From Botryllus schlosseri (lineage: Eukaryota), in assembly GCA_051294905.1 (NCBI GenBank), contig CM119373.1, positions 19,158,001 to 19,222,000 on the forward strand: a stretch of DNA of 64,000 bases, given 5' to 3'. How positions within the stretch are numbered: the first letter of the stretch is position 1; each line of letters begins with the position of its first letter. The notes beneath the pieces were generated by a model. That model was not told where the DNA came from, ran no database searches, and saw only the letters and a program-made list of their open reading frames with translations. The translations under genes were made by a program, and so were the position numbers. Positions 37,801-49,788 of the stretch are shown piece by piece.

Positions 37801-40800
37801 ACAGTGTTTCAAGTTGACAGAATATTATAACGTGATTTGCAAACGACAAATAAAAGATTATAAAGAATATTTACTTGACCTGCGGCAATTCCCTGACACT
37901 GGATCCAGGAACCACTGGCCCAAAGAATGTGAAGAAAATACATTGAACTTGGCTTAACTGAACTTGAAAATCAAATATTATGACACCTTATGAATACACC
38001 TTTCCCTGAATATTTCCTTCTATGGGAGGCAGCGGGCCTGATTCTACTTTCCTATATGCCTACTTCTTGAATTGACCAGTTCATTTGTCGGTTCAGATTT
38101 TTTCTTCGACGAATGTTTTCGAGATTTCGGCGAATCATTTCATAAAGATCTTTTGTCCGACATCGGTTCGTATTTGGACAAAGTGCGGGAGTGTTTGAGA
38201 ATTCAGGACAAATTCACCACTGTGAGTGTTACCGATGCATGGCAAATGGCCATGCTATGATGTCACATTCGTATCATCGTATTATTAATCGTGGTTTTTA
38301 ACCGCTGGTTTGGAGACCGGCGAAAGTAGAGCTAACGCCTTATCAATATCGTGTGCGTAAGTTGGTGAACACAGGGAAGCTTATCTGATCCTTGTACTAT
38401 CGGCGTTTAGGGATGTCAACGTGTGTCTAACAACGGACTTGAACTTTGCAGGGCACATCCGGTTGGAAAAGGTTTGATGTCAGTCGAAACCCGGCCTTGT
38501 TATACTTTGCGAAGCTGATTTCGAATGGCGGTAACAAAATCAAGGAGTCCGACTTGATAATGTTTCTGAAATGGCTTTTTCCAGCCTTCGGTGAGTGGAA
38601 CTCCCTGATATCCCTAAATTTCCAGCTACCAGAGCCAGGGTTGTAACCAAGTCCGAGGTTTCGAGTCACAAGTCAGTTTCATTTTTATAGTTTTGACTTG
38701 AGTCAAGTCGAGTCATTTATAGTTCACCACCAAGTCAAGTGTGAGTCCAAGTCAGCTAGTAGAGGGTCGAGTCCGAGTCATATGTAGTGTTTTGACTCAA
38801 GTCTTTTCTGTCCAATTTGGTTCAATCCACTTTTTTAAACTCTCCTCAAGTGATACAGAATGGCTCGCATTCATAATATAGTATTTTTCCTCAGCCCTAA
38901 CAGTTTCCGGCCGTATTTCCATGTATCAGGACAAAATACCAATCATGTGGTAACTTCACTATTCTTCGAAGTTACAATGAAATGTATGTCTTGGTCGCCC
39001 TAGTCATACGGCTTGGTTTGAGTCACGCACAATGACTCGAGTACAAGTCGAGTCCATACAAAATATGACTAGAGTCGTGTCGTTTTGCGCATTTGAAAAA
39101 TTGACTCGAGTCTAGTCGATTCATTAAAAAATCGAGTCGTTACTACCCTGACAGGTAAAACTTCAAAACAAATGTTGCGGCCATGTTTACCCGAGATGCG
39201 GTGTTGGGATCAAGTCACTACCTTCGAGTCACGAGCCATTGCGGATTTTGACTCGAGTCAAGTCAAGTCACTCGTTTTTCGGAGGTGACTCGAGTCAAGT
39301 CACAAATTGAATTTTCGAAGTATGAATGATGTTTCGAATAAATACATTTTGCTAGCTGTGTGAAAAACAGATTTATTGGTCACTCATCTTGAATCAAATA
39401 ACGAATATAAAGTAAAGTATACGGTATATAAAAATGGTGTTGTATCGCTCACGCACGCGTAGAACTGCTCTGCTAATACAATAGTCAGCCAAAATAGTGG
39501 ATCGAATACGAAGCATCGAGAAGTTGAAACAAATTGATATGGTTCAGTACACTACCCCTGCACACCCGCGAGAATATAAAGGCACAAACTGTGTTCGTTC
39601 GGTTTAAATAATATAGTGTTGTTTAAGGTGAGCACTGCGTAATGTATGCACTGAGTCGTCTAAGGAACGGAGATAAATTGCTATTAGATTAATCTATTGC
39701 TAGCACATTAACACAAGCTGTGATCATTTCGTTTGCATTCCATTTATTTGTGATGGGACGATGGAGGATCAGTGAAACGTACCATCCGTGAATGACTGGT
39801 TGCTCTTACAAGTCACACCGGCGTATCGCGAACAATTCGTACATAACAAGATACAGTGATTTAATCGACACCGTTTGTTCGATGACTTGAAATTGACTCG
39901 TAAATTTTGCTCCAAGTCACGAGTCAATCCACATTTCTCAAGCGCGGAGTCAAGACATTTTTTGCAAAGTGACTCAGGTCAAGTCATACGAAAAAGTTGA
40001 CTCGAGTCAAGTCATGACTCGAGTCATCCTAACACTGCCGAGATGAAGGATTGAATAATTTCATATTAATACGACGCTCATCCAAATCTGTATTCAGACG
40101 AGACGTTGCTGACAATCCCTGCGACGAGCAGCTTCGCGATACCGCAATCGTTTCACAAGACCGATTTTGATAAAGTAGTTTCAAAATCCCTCAAAGCATC
40201 CCGTGAAAGCCCACCTTGGACGTATGACAGTTTTCGTGGTTACTGCGATGGGATCGGAAAATGCTCTGTAAAGTTGGAGCGTCCAGAAAACGCTGGCTTT
40301 CCGACAACGCTGACGCCTGTGAGAAACAGTAAAAAACGGTGTTTGAGGGAGTCGAACGAAGCCAACCGGAAAGTTAACAAACGGAGAGGCGCAAAAGCTG
40401 TAATCTCACCCGCGAATACGCGTCGCAGAGCCCTCGGCGTCGACCACGGGAAGGAAAACGCGCTTCCGTGCGACTGTAAAAGTTCCGAGGTAGAGACTTC
40501 GACGTTCGATTCGCCTCAGGCACAGAACCTGCTCAGTTCCGGGTCGAAGTTCTTTTCCGCCAAAGAGAAGTCGCCACGCACGGAAACGCCGATTCAGCTC
40601 AGCAGCGGGATTATGGTGAGCAAGCTTGCACAAACTACTTGCATTTCGAAATGCGCAACTACATCTAGTCGTTTTTCGAAAGTCGCAACTGTAACTAGAA
40701 CTACTCACTTTCTCGCAACCCGTAACTAGAGATAGAATTACTCACTAATCTATCACATATAGAGAGAACCATTCTAGAAATAGTTTTATTGCATGCATTT

Positions 40801-43800
40801 TAAATGGTTGCCCGACATATGAACAAGCAACACAATGGAAAATGACAGTTGAACATGGGACACTTCAGTAATGCGTCACTTCTACATGTAACTTAATAAC
40901 CCAAAATCTAACTCTAACCCGACATAGACCCCTGAAATTGACCCTCATAAATATCCTGATCCCAAGCACAACCCTAACCCAGCCCTGAACCCAATCCTAA
41001 CCCGTCATTAAGCTGATGTGTCGCATGCTATATTTTTGTATGCCAATCTGTACACGGACCTTTTTAAATGACTCCTTCACATTTCACGCAACACTAGATA
41101 ACAGCTGCAGTTGAGAGCAGCTTGAAAAATAGAAAAAAGTTGCAATATAATGTTCCTGCAAGCTTAAAACGTACTTCATAAATTCTGAGTATTTAGGAAG
41201 CTGTAAAAGAAGTTGCAAAAACTTGCCCTACTAATGAGTGAAGTTCGCTCTGTGAAAAGTAGAAGTGGTCTCAAAGTAACGTTGCTTTATCGAGTAATGC
41301 AAGCCTGTCCTATTGCCCGTTTGGTAGCCGAAAATCTTCAAATCTTAGCTCACTTGAGCCGCGTTTTGTGGGGAACAACAAATTTTGACAAAACTACTTC
41401 CGTTACTGTTCCAAGTTTACGGTTTGAATGCTGTATTTGTTAAGTCTTTGCATCTCTCTAGGATGTCGTGTGTGACGTGAACTTCTCTGATGATGACGAA
41501 GATGACGGCGTTTCGGGCCCCACCGACATCTCTTCCGGCAGTCTGCAATGGGTGCAGTCAGGTGAGAACCGCCAGAAATGGCAACCCTTTGTGATTCGCA
41601 AGCGACTGTTTGATACCTCTAAACGTGAACTCGATCTGGGGTTTTCGAGCCACGGGGGTGACAAAACCAGACTAGGACGACTTGCTTTACCTACTAGAAT
41701 AAAATGCCGGTACTCTAATTTTATAGAATGTAAACATGGAATGGCAACGACCGATTTTGCAGTTTCGTTCCGCTTCGCTGAGGCTGTATTCAGAATCGTT
41801 TTTGCGTAAGCGACTGTAGGATTTCTGGCAATCCAAAAGTTATCTTCCAGAGCGCAGAATTTACTGAATCTGGTCTTGATCGAAAGCTACTGTCGCTCCG
41901 ATTGCGAAAATATAAATTTAATTATGATCAGGCACTGATCCACGTAGAATCCGCCGTCTATGTCTAAAATATCGGCATTGTCCGAACAATCGGTCAATCG
42001 GAGGACCGCTACGGGCCATTGTTTTGCGGTTATCCGATCGTTCTTAACAATGCACGTTTCAGATGTTGAGGGCGATCTTCCGTCAAAATCTGGAGCCTGA
42101 CCATATTTTAATTTATATTTTTGGAACCCGTGCAACAGTAGCTTTCGATCGAGACCAGACTCAGTAAATTCTCCGCTCTGGAAGATAACTTTTGGATTGC
42201 CAGAAATCCTACAGTCGCTTACGCAAAAACAATTCTGACTGCAGCCTCAGAGAAGCGGAACGAAGCTGCGAAATCGATCGTTGCCATTCCATGTTTACAT
42301 TCTGTACTAATTCTATTATAATTCTCGACATGCTCCTATGCTCTAATTTTAATTATAGTCTAATTTTTGGTTTTCCTTGAAATATTACTAGAGAACTGTA
42401 TAGTGGAAACCGAGCCAAACTGGGTGAATAGAAATTTGCCAATTTGCCACAATTGATGTGAACCAGGGTTGTAACCAAGTCACAAGGCTCCGAGTCACAA
42501 GTCAATCTCGCGTTTATACTTTTGACTCGAGACAAGTCGAGTCATTTTCAATTCATCACCGCGTCAAGTCCGAGTCCAAGTCAGCGAACAGAGGGTCGAG
42601 TCCGAGTCATGGCATTATGACTCGAGTTCAAGTCATTGTGTTGACTGCTCAGTGCTCAGTTTCCAGTTAAAGTCTTGTTAACCCACTTCTTATACCTCTG
42701 TTTGGCGATATCGAATGGTTCGCATTTATAATATACTAATTTTCCTTACCTATAGCAGTTTCTGGGTGCATTTTCAAGTACCAGTACCAATAGACGAAAT
42801 CCCAATAGCGTGTTAACTTTACTATTCTCCGAAATTACAATGAAATTTCTTGTCTTAGCCGTCTGATTCTCGAGTCATATGACTTGGTTTGAGTCATGCG
42901 CAATGACTCGAGTCCAATTCGAGTCGAGTGATTTCCAAATTTTGCGAAAATCACTCGAGTCAAGTCGAGTCATCAAGAAATCGTGACTCGAGTCGAGTCA
43001 TTACAACCCTGATATGAACTGAACTTGATATTTGTTGTATTTAATTTGCTAATTCCCCTCGAATAGTTTTGACATGCCTTGAAAATCGCTGTTGCCGCTC
43101 GTAATTGAGTAGAACTTAACGGCGGTACTTCAGCTCGAGTACTAAAACTGACTACCTCGACGACCTCTGGTTACTGACGCTGTTGCTCTTATCGTAAATT
43201 TTAGAGTCGACGCCCAAAACGACAAAAGTCGGAATCCTCATATCCGGACGAGGGCTTCCGTTCGAATCCGATTCGTCAGGTGCGGGATTGAAGTGCGATA
43301 TTTTGTGGGGCGGGTTCTAATTCTCTCCTATTTAGACGGCGCCGTCAGCGAAAGCGACGCGGAAGATGGGCATTCCCGCGACGAAGTGAGTGAAGGCCGT
43401 GATTGCTATTTTATTCGATATAAAAGCGATTACAGACTCAGACCGCTGATACCAATATTGCCAATTAGGGCCTGTCCAAACTCCAAATCACCTGAAAGTA
43501 GACTTGGACAACTAGATCATTAGAGAAAATGGCGGTAATCTAATTTGTTATCTATTCACCCCCACCCAAGAGCAACTTAACTAAGAGATCTACCGACTAC
43601 TCACGACCTATCATATGGAACACATTGCCATGAAATATCCGTGAATCGCCATATTATTGTTTTAAAAAAGACCTACTTGATTACCTCTTGTCGTCGTACT
43701 GACACTGCTGCCCTACACTTGCGCAGACACTGCTTCATTGTTTTACTATTATCAACTTTATATTTTTTTTTAATATTAACAACTATTCGTTACAGCCAGA

Positions 43801-45363
43801 CTGTGTAGAGCAGTGGTCGGGAACCTTTTTTGTCCGAAGAGCTATATTGGCCCTATTTTTTCCATCTCAACTCCGAAAGAGCCATACATGCCAATCAACT
43901 GTTACGTCACAATGGAAAACTCGTGACGTCATCGTAGCACTAATTCAAACTCACTACAGGGGATTCCGCGTGCGCGCCATATTTTCTTTGTGAAAACTGG
44001 TATATATTGTTCGAAAATAAAGCTCGAAACGAGTGGTAAGGCACAGACGGGCCGAACGCAATTCATCGTAAGTTGCTTAGAATTTATTATAACTGACATT
44101 AAACGAATGTGACAGTTACACTGATTCAAGAAAATCTAAATACTTATGGACTTCTCAATTCTCAAAGTATTCGGCGGTGACTAACGTTGCGCTACACGTT
44201 TACATTTTTCGCCGGTACTACACAGAGCCATACTTACCAATGAAGAACGTGGATACTGGATAGCTATGAAAGACAATGAGTATTTGAAAACTGCGTTTTA
44301 AATGGGCGTCGCCTTGTCTCCATGCTCTTTGGTTAATCAACGCAGCGCACAATTCAAGATTTCGAGTCGGCCACATAGAATTCGCGAGTGATGTCGGCCG
44401 CCGGAGTGGCAGTCACTTAAATTTGATGATTTTGATAAGAGGGGGGTCTGAGCCCCGAAACCTGAAGACCGCATTGTCTTTACCTCTCAAAGACACGTTT
44501 TGCTGCCACGAGAATAATTATTCTTGTCGTTATGCAAATTTACCAACAAGTCGCAGCAATAGTGATCAATTCACTACAAAAATTAATATTTGGCAAAGAG
44601 CCATATCTTATTCCCAAAAGAGCCATATGTGGCTCGCGAGCCATAGGTTCCCGACCACTGGCATAGAGACACTACTTATTTGATAAGGGCGTGGTCAGAC
44701 CAGTGGACTGCCAAGGTCAAATCCATCATCTCCATCCTGTACCAAATACTGTGCTGCATGGTTTCTATGTCATTATTGTCGCCGTTTGTTTGTTTTGTAT
44801 TTCGGTTGGATGAAAAGTAAGACTCTCTTTCTTAAGTATTTCTTTGCTCTAATTTATGAAATGTTCTAATTCTACTCTGATTTCTGGTAAGTCTGTCCGA
44901 GTGACTCACTCCAAATAACTCCAACTACACCTTGTAGTACCTTGGGGCTTCTAATTAGCATATTAGGCTGCAATTACTTTTTGAAAGTACTTCCTCGAAC
45001 TCTTTCAGATCTTCATTTTTATCTCCACTTGAAGTGGTTTTGACTGTCTTCGAGATTGTCACATTCACCTGTACTCAAGTAGAAATCTACGAAGTCGCTT
45101 CTGCTTAATAAGTATTAAGTATACTACTAAATTACGAACATGACATGTCCTTGACCGCCTCTGCTTTTCAGATGCAGCCCTGCGTGCGAATGCTGGACGA
45201 TTCATTCGTGCCTGACTTGACTTGGTGCCTTGAGCAATCCCAAACAAAATCCTGTTCCGTGAGATTGCAACGTTTGAATGAAATGATATCGGAAAATGGC
45301 ACGGTGTGCGGTTATCGCGTAAACGAGAACGATCTGACCGCTATCAGAGGCCACGACCGATAA
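34824..45363 (+). CDS. TINF2: TIN2 (TERF1-interacting nuclear factor 2)-like shelterin protein, 9 coding exons, ~530 aa
   Basis: join(34824..35087,37315..37428,37487..37577,38097..38221,38452..38590,40098..40615,41462..41561,43336..43385,45172..45363) = 1593 nt, all in phase. FRFLLESIHHIIQDNCQKEFLHILRYLEMLNSQFPDIPCQRELVRSTLKLK and FKRLVRRLLTD..RQDFFFDECFRDFGESF..YLDKVRECL align without gaps to recalled vertebrate TINF2_N segments. WLFP matches human WLLP. The start codon and the last three exons are less certain. Confidence 0.75.
36510..36808. mobile_element. hAT-type MITE family F
   Basis: AAGGTTACCATAC...ATCGTTACCCTA flanked by TATTTGCT on both sides. Confidence 0.7.
38636..39150. mobile_element. 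hAT-type MITE family A
   Basis: CAGGGTTGTAACC...TTACTACCCTG; the TSD is not recognisable. Confidence 0.8.
39199..40037. mobile_element. hAT-type element with CAGTGTTGGG-type termini and GACTCGAGTC subterminal arrays
   Basis: CGGTGTTGGGAT...ATCCTAACACTG with perfect TSD CCGAGATG. Confidence 0.85.
40899..41005 (-). repeat. Degenerate CCCTAA/CTAACC-like tract
   Basis: CTAACTCTAACCC...ACAACCCTAACCCAGCCCTGAACCCAATCCTAACCC. Confidence 0.5.
41725..42303. mobile_element. Foldback element with ~165-bp inverted arms
   Basis: 41725-41893 is inverted relative to 42134-42303. A third copy of the arm lies at ~56307-56472. No TSD was resolved. Confidence 0.75.
42464..43011. mobile_element. hAT-type MITE family A
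   Basis: CAGGGTTGTAACC...TTACAACCCTG with TSD ATGTGAAC/ATATGAAC. Confidence 0.88.
43811..44660. mobile_element. hAT (Charlie-like) non-autonomous element
   Basis: CAGTGGTCGGGAACC...GGTTCCCGACCACTG with TSD GTGTAGAG/GCATAGAG. Confidence 0.8.
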
Positions 45364-45661
45364 TGAATTGATTGTGTTTTTTGTTTTATTTAGAAGTTGT
45401 TAAGGTGATGTAATCAAATCGCACTTTCATTGAATTTAAGTTCTTTATTTACTTTACTGTGATCATTTATGATGTGTTTATTATGTTGTTCATTTATAAT
45501 GCTAATAAAATGTAAACTATTCTTCACGGCCACAGATTTCATTTTGGAGAGTGTAGAATTGCTGTATGACTGTGGTAGCCGGGTTATATACAGAGGTGGA
45601 TCAGTAACAAAGGGCTTGTACTTTTACAGAGTATTTGAAGAGCTTCTGAGAGGTATTTCCC

Positions 45662-46005
45662 CGACAAGATAGCGTAATGGTTAAGCGTCCGGCTTCTTGA
45701 TTGGTAGGTCGTGGGTTCGATTCCCGGCCGGGTCAGACCAAAGACCTGATTAGTAACACTGGTATCCATGGCTTCCCTGCTTGGCGCTCATGCATTACTG
45801 GGATAGCATGGAGGGTTGGTGCATGACTTAGAAAGCCGTAAAGGCTATATTTGCACTTCCTTGTCCAGCGGCATATGCACATGCACATCATGCACTCATG
45901 GTATGCATATGCGCAGATCGTGTGTATGTGTATCATGAGTCGGTGTATATGCCGCAAAAAAACATCAAGGACAAAAATAAACTACGTCCTTTCCTTTTCC
46001 TTTCG
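45662..46005 (+). mobile_element. tRNA-derived SINE
   Basis: A box TAGCGTAATGG (45670) and B box GGTTCGATTCC (45714), followed by a non-tRNA body GGTCAGACCAAAGAC..CTTCCCTGCTTGGCGCTCA and a pyrimidine-rich tail. The 3' end is approximate. Confidence 0.75.
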
Positions 46006-46835
46006 TATAGAACTTCAATATACAACTGAATAGAGTACAGAAAAGTAGGTTATGCCTACATGTATTTTGATTTTTGACTTAACTACTTGCGCTCCACGCT
46101 TTAGGTCGTAGCAGGGATGTTGGCCACATATCCACAAGCTCATTACTACGACCTCAGGGAGGTCGTAATAAAATTGGAGTTAGCGATTTGTCCAAATCTC
46201 CAACACGCGGCCCACGATCTAATTTGAGATTTCGGATGAACACGACAAAGCATTTTGAAATGCTGAGATTGATTTCAGTGTCAAAATAATGTAGTAGTTA
46301 AAAAATAAGCTAATCGCCTGTGCCCAACATCACTTTTCCTGACTACCTGCTTCGGTGATGGCAACAGCATTACATTGAGGAAGAATCAACTGATATGAAT
46401 GGGAATATATTTGCCTTGACTTGCAATGGCCCACACACTGCGAAGACCGAGACACTTAGAAAACGGCTTCGGGCTTCCTCGCAAAGCTTTACGAAAAGAT
46501 AGTGTTTCAGCTAATAACGTGATATCGCTAGCCCCAATATGACCCATGTTTGGGAGCACAGCGTTGTACTGATGTAAAGTTTTAAAAACGTGGTGGTACT
46601 CAACTGTGTGGCCTATTTTGTCTCGAAATTACATTCTTACGGTCCGTGGCCTAGACGAAATTTGAAAAGTGGCCCCGAGACCCGCTCTGAGTTGTCGACC
46701 CCTGGTCCAAGTTGTCCTAACCCTTAGTTTTGCACAGGCTTTTCGTGGCAGAGCTGGGCTGATGTATTACTTCCCCTCCTCTTTTGTCTGGTCTAATTCT
46801 CCTGTCTCTAGTGAATTTGGAACCTCACTTTAAAG

Positions 46836-47225
46836 CAGTGGTTCCCAACCTTTTTCGACTCATCGCCCCCTTTTCAAGCTCAACGCCGATCATCGCCCCC
46901 CAGATTTTGTGAATCGAAAAATCGGTATACAATCTGTTGTCATCGCCGGGTTGACTAAAAAAAAGGTCAACTTTTTGGATCTTTTACACTTTTGCCAGGG
47001 AACTTCTAGAAGTTCTAGATATCCCTGACTTTTGCAACCAAATTTCCGTGGGTTGACCAAAAAAAAAAGGTCATTTCTCCGAATTGACTCCAATATAGCC
47101 GTTTTAACGCGTCATCGCCCCCCTATCGCCCCCTTTGTCTATTTTCGCCCCCTTCGTCATTTTCGCCCCTCTAGGCCGTCAAATCGCGCCCTGGGGGGCG
47201 ATATCGCCCACGTTGGGAACCACTG
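46836..47225. mobile_element. hAT (Charlie/Buster-like) MITE
   Basis: CAGTGGTTCCCAAC...GTTGGGAACCACTG with perfect TSD CTTTAAAG. Confidence 0.9.
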
Positions 47226-47436
47226 CTTTAAAGTTTGAACCGGAAGTTTCATTCATACAACCTTTGAACATGGACCACATAACTACTCGTTGTAGATTTG
47301 TTCGTTTTATTTGAGAAACGTGTAGAAATAAGCAGATTCGGACGTTTTGGTTGAGTAGCAGTTGTACCGTAGATCACAATATATGGACCAACTTATGCGA
47401 CACAGAAAATACTTTGCAATCATATGTACTGTTTGC

Positions 47437-48736
47437 CAGGACCGTAACTGCCGCACCCCAAACCCCCCAATTGGGGGGGGCCGAGCTCAAAGGGGGCCCA
47501 AAATTATTTCGCGAATTAGCATAAATTATGGAGTAATTTTCAAAAATTTATGCAACTTTTTCAAAAATTTTTCGCGCTGCGCGCGATATAATGTTTCTCA
47601 CTTTCTTCATTATTTAGTAGCCTACTCTTCCTCAAGACAAAATACGCAAGATGTATCGAAATGGACGTATCGGGGAGACATTTAAGGTTTTAGGACATGT
47701 AACATGCGACTCCAAGAAGTGTGCCAGAACGATCGGCAGTGAGAAAACCTGGGCCAAAAAGGACTGCCCTCTGACGCTGAACGAAAACTTCGTTATATAT
47801 GCAAAATACATATAGGTTTGATTGTCCATAGGCGCCTAAATGACTGGCGCCGAATGTTCATGTCTTGGCAATCTAAACCGCACAAGACAAATACAACCAT
47901 TCCGCAGGGAAAAATTATATGCCAGTGAAGAAATACCAATTTGAAATCGTGTGCGTCGTTAGTTTAGTACATTTGGGCGATTCTGTATTTTTTGACATAA
48001 CAGACAGGAGATCACGAAATGACAACATGAAACGCAGTCATACCAACGGGTCCGCCCGCCCGAAAACGTTTAATTATTATTTACGAGCCCTACAGTTTCC
48101 AAGCCACCTCATTCAGCTCTACCGGTAAATCTGATAATGTGAACAGAGAGGACAACAAATTGATAGCAATATATATATATGCAATTCCCAATATTATTGA
48201 CCGATTTTATCATGAATTATCGAAAATTTTCGCGCTTCGCGCTGGCTCACTAAGCAGTGACCCTTATTTCGTGACAAAAGCGAACAACGTGATGGGGGGG
48301 GGGGGGTATCACCTTATGGGAGCCCAAGACCCAAGCTTTATTGGGGGGCCTGGCCAAGTGCTGTTTCGTTCCTGCGAACGGGTATACGCCCGAAGATGTT
48401 TAATTGTTATTGAGGGGTCCTACCATTTCAAACACACCTCATGCACTCAGCTCTACCGGTAAATCTGATTACGTGGATAGAGAGAGGATAAAAATTGACA
48501 ACAATTTCCCGATCATTTTGACCGATTCAATGAAGAATTTTGAAATTTTTCGCGCTTCTAGCCGAGAAAAGCTGACCCACTAAACGGACTCTCGACACAG
48601 ATGATGAGTAGCGGTGAACAGCGTACAGCCAAGGGGGTCTGGGGGACGGAGCCCCCCAGAAGTTCGGTTTATCCCCCTATGGGGGCCCAAGACCAACATT
48701 TTGGGGGGGGGCTGGTGAAGTGCTGTTACGGCCCTG
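47437..48736. mobile_element. hAT-type non-autonomous element with an internal tandem duplication
   Basis: CAGGACCGTAAC...GTTACGGCCCTG with perfect TSD CTGTTTGC. 48100-48380 is repeated at about 48430-48730. Confidence 0.85.
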
Positions 48737-49419
48737 CTGTTTGCATAGGTACAAGCAACTGCGGTTCACTTACTTGAGTCGAAGTATTTTTTCAATAACA
48801 ATAGTTGAAAAAATATAAAATCGATACCTTCAAAACTTGGTTTTGAACATGTATTCCGGATACGAATATCATTCTTCAATTACATAATACCTATAATGTC
48901 AATTCAGTGACGCATCTCAGTGATCTTGCCGTTTATTGACCTACTGCTATTGAAGATTGAGCAAGATGATCTAATCAAAATTTCACACAAGTTTGTATTA
49001 TAGTTATTCTTCGAGAACAGGAAGACTTGATTTCAACTCCGGTTGACAATTCTGCGTAACTATCAGAGGTGGTCGGTAATGAAGTATCTATAAGTATTCT
49101 TTAGAGTAGGCTACTCAAGTAGGTTTTGCCTAATCTACTGAACTTTTTGAAACTACTCAAGCACTCTTCAGACCTTCGTTTCCTACTTCAACAGGGAGTA
49201 GTTTTGACTCTTCTTGGAAATCGATACTTCTATTCGTACTTCAAAATCAAGGTGACTACCATTAGTTAGACTACAGTTAGGTTCAAAGTCCATTCCCAAA
49301 GACGCGAGGTTCAATACTAATCAATATTCGTCAGATTATATTTTCATCTGCCCAAGACACACACACAATGTACAATGCGATATGCAAGACGCTCAATGAT
49401 GAACAGACAGGATGACGAC

Positions 49420-49626
49420 GGAACGACCAGTTGCGATTTCTTAATCAGGCATTCACCTCGGCCTAGTCCCCGATGTCAGTCTTCTTCGACGCTATTTCTC
49501 GCTGTTTTCTTTTTTTCTCCGTCGTAAGAACAGCGACTCGGAGCCCAGAATAACCTCCGACAGCTGGACTTGAACCCGGGCCTCCCACGTGCATAGCGCC
49601 GACGGTCACCACTAAGCTATCTCCCC
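49420..49626 (-). mobile_element. tRNA(Ala)-like-headed SINE
   Basis: The minus strand head reads GGGGAGATAGCTTAGTGG...GGGTTCAAGTCC. The body is homologous to 57975-58207. Confidence 0.7.
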
Positions 49627-49788
49627 GATTGGTCCAGTAATAGACTTGACATTCTTGGCTTCTCAACCATGGCCTCGATACTACCAGCGGGCAAGAATGT
49701 ATTTTATAGAAATACAGTCGATCCCAGCATCTTTGAGCGTTACAGATGCTGAAATTCCTCACTACAACAGCTCCAAAACACTTGTCCA

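Noticed and set aside
41562-41809. Read-through of ORF 41468-41809 as a terminal exon
   Set aside because: There is a good donor at 41562, phase-compatible downstream exons exist, and the ORF tail runs into a foldback repeat arm.
45662-49626. Functional tRNA genes at 45.67 kb (+) and 49.6 kb (-)
   Set aside because: The acceptor and anticodon stems do not close properly, and both continue into SINE-like bodies; the 49.6-kb body has a second copy at 58 kb.
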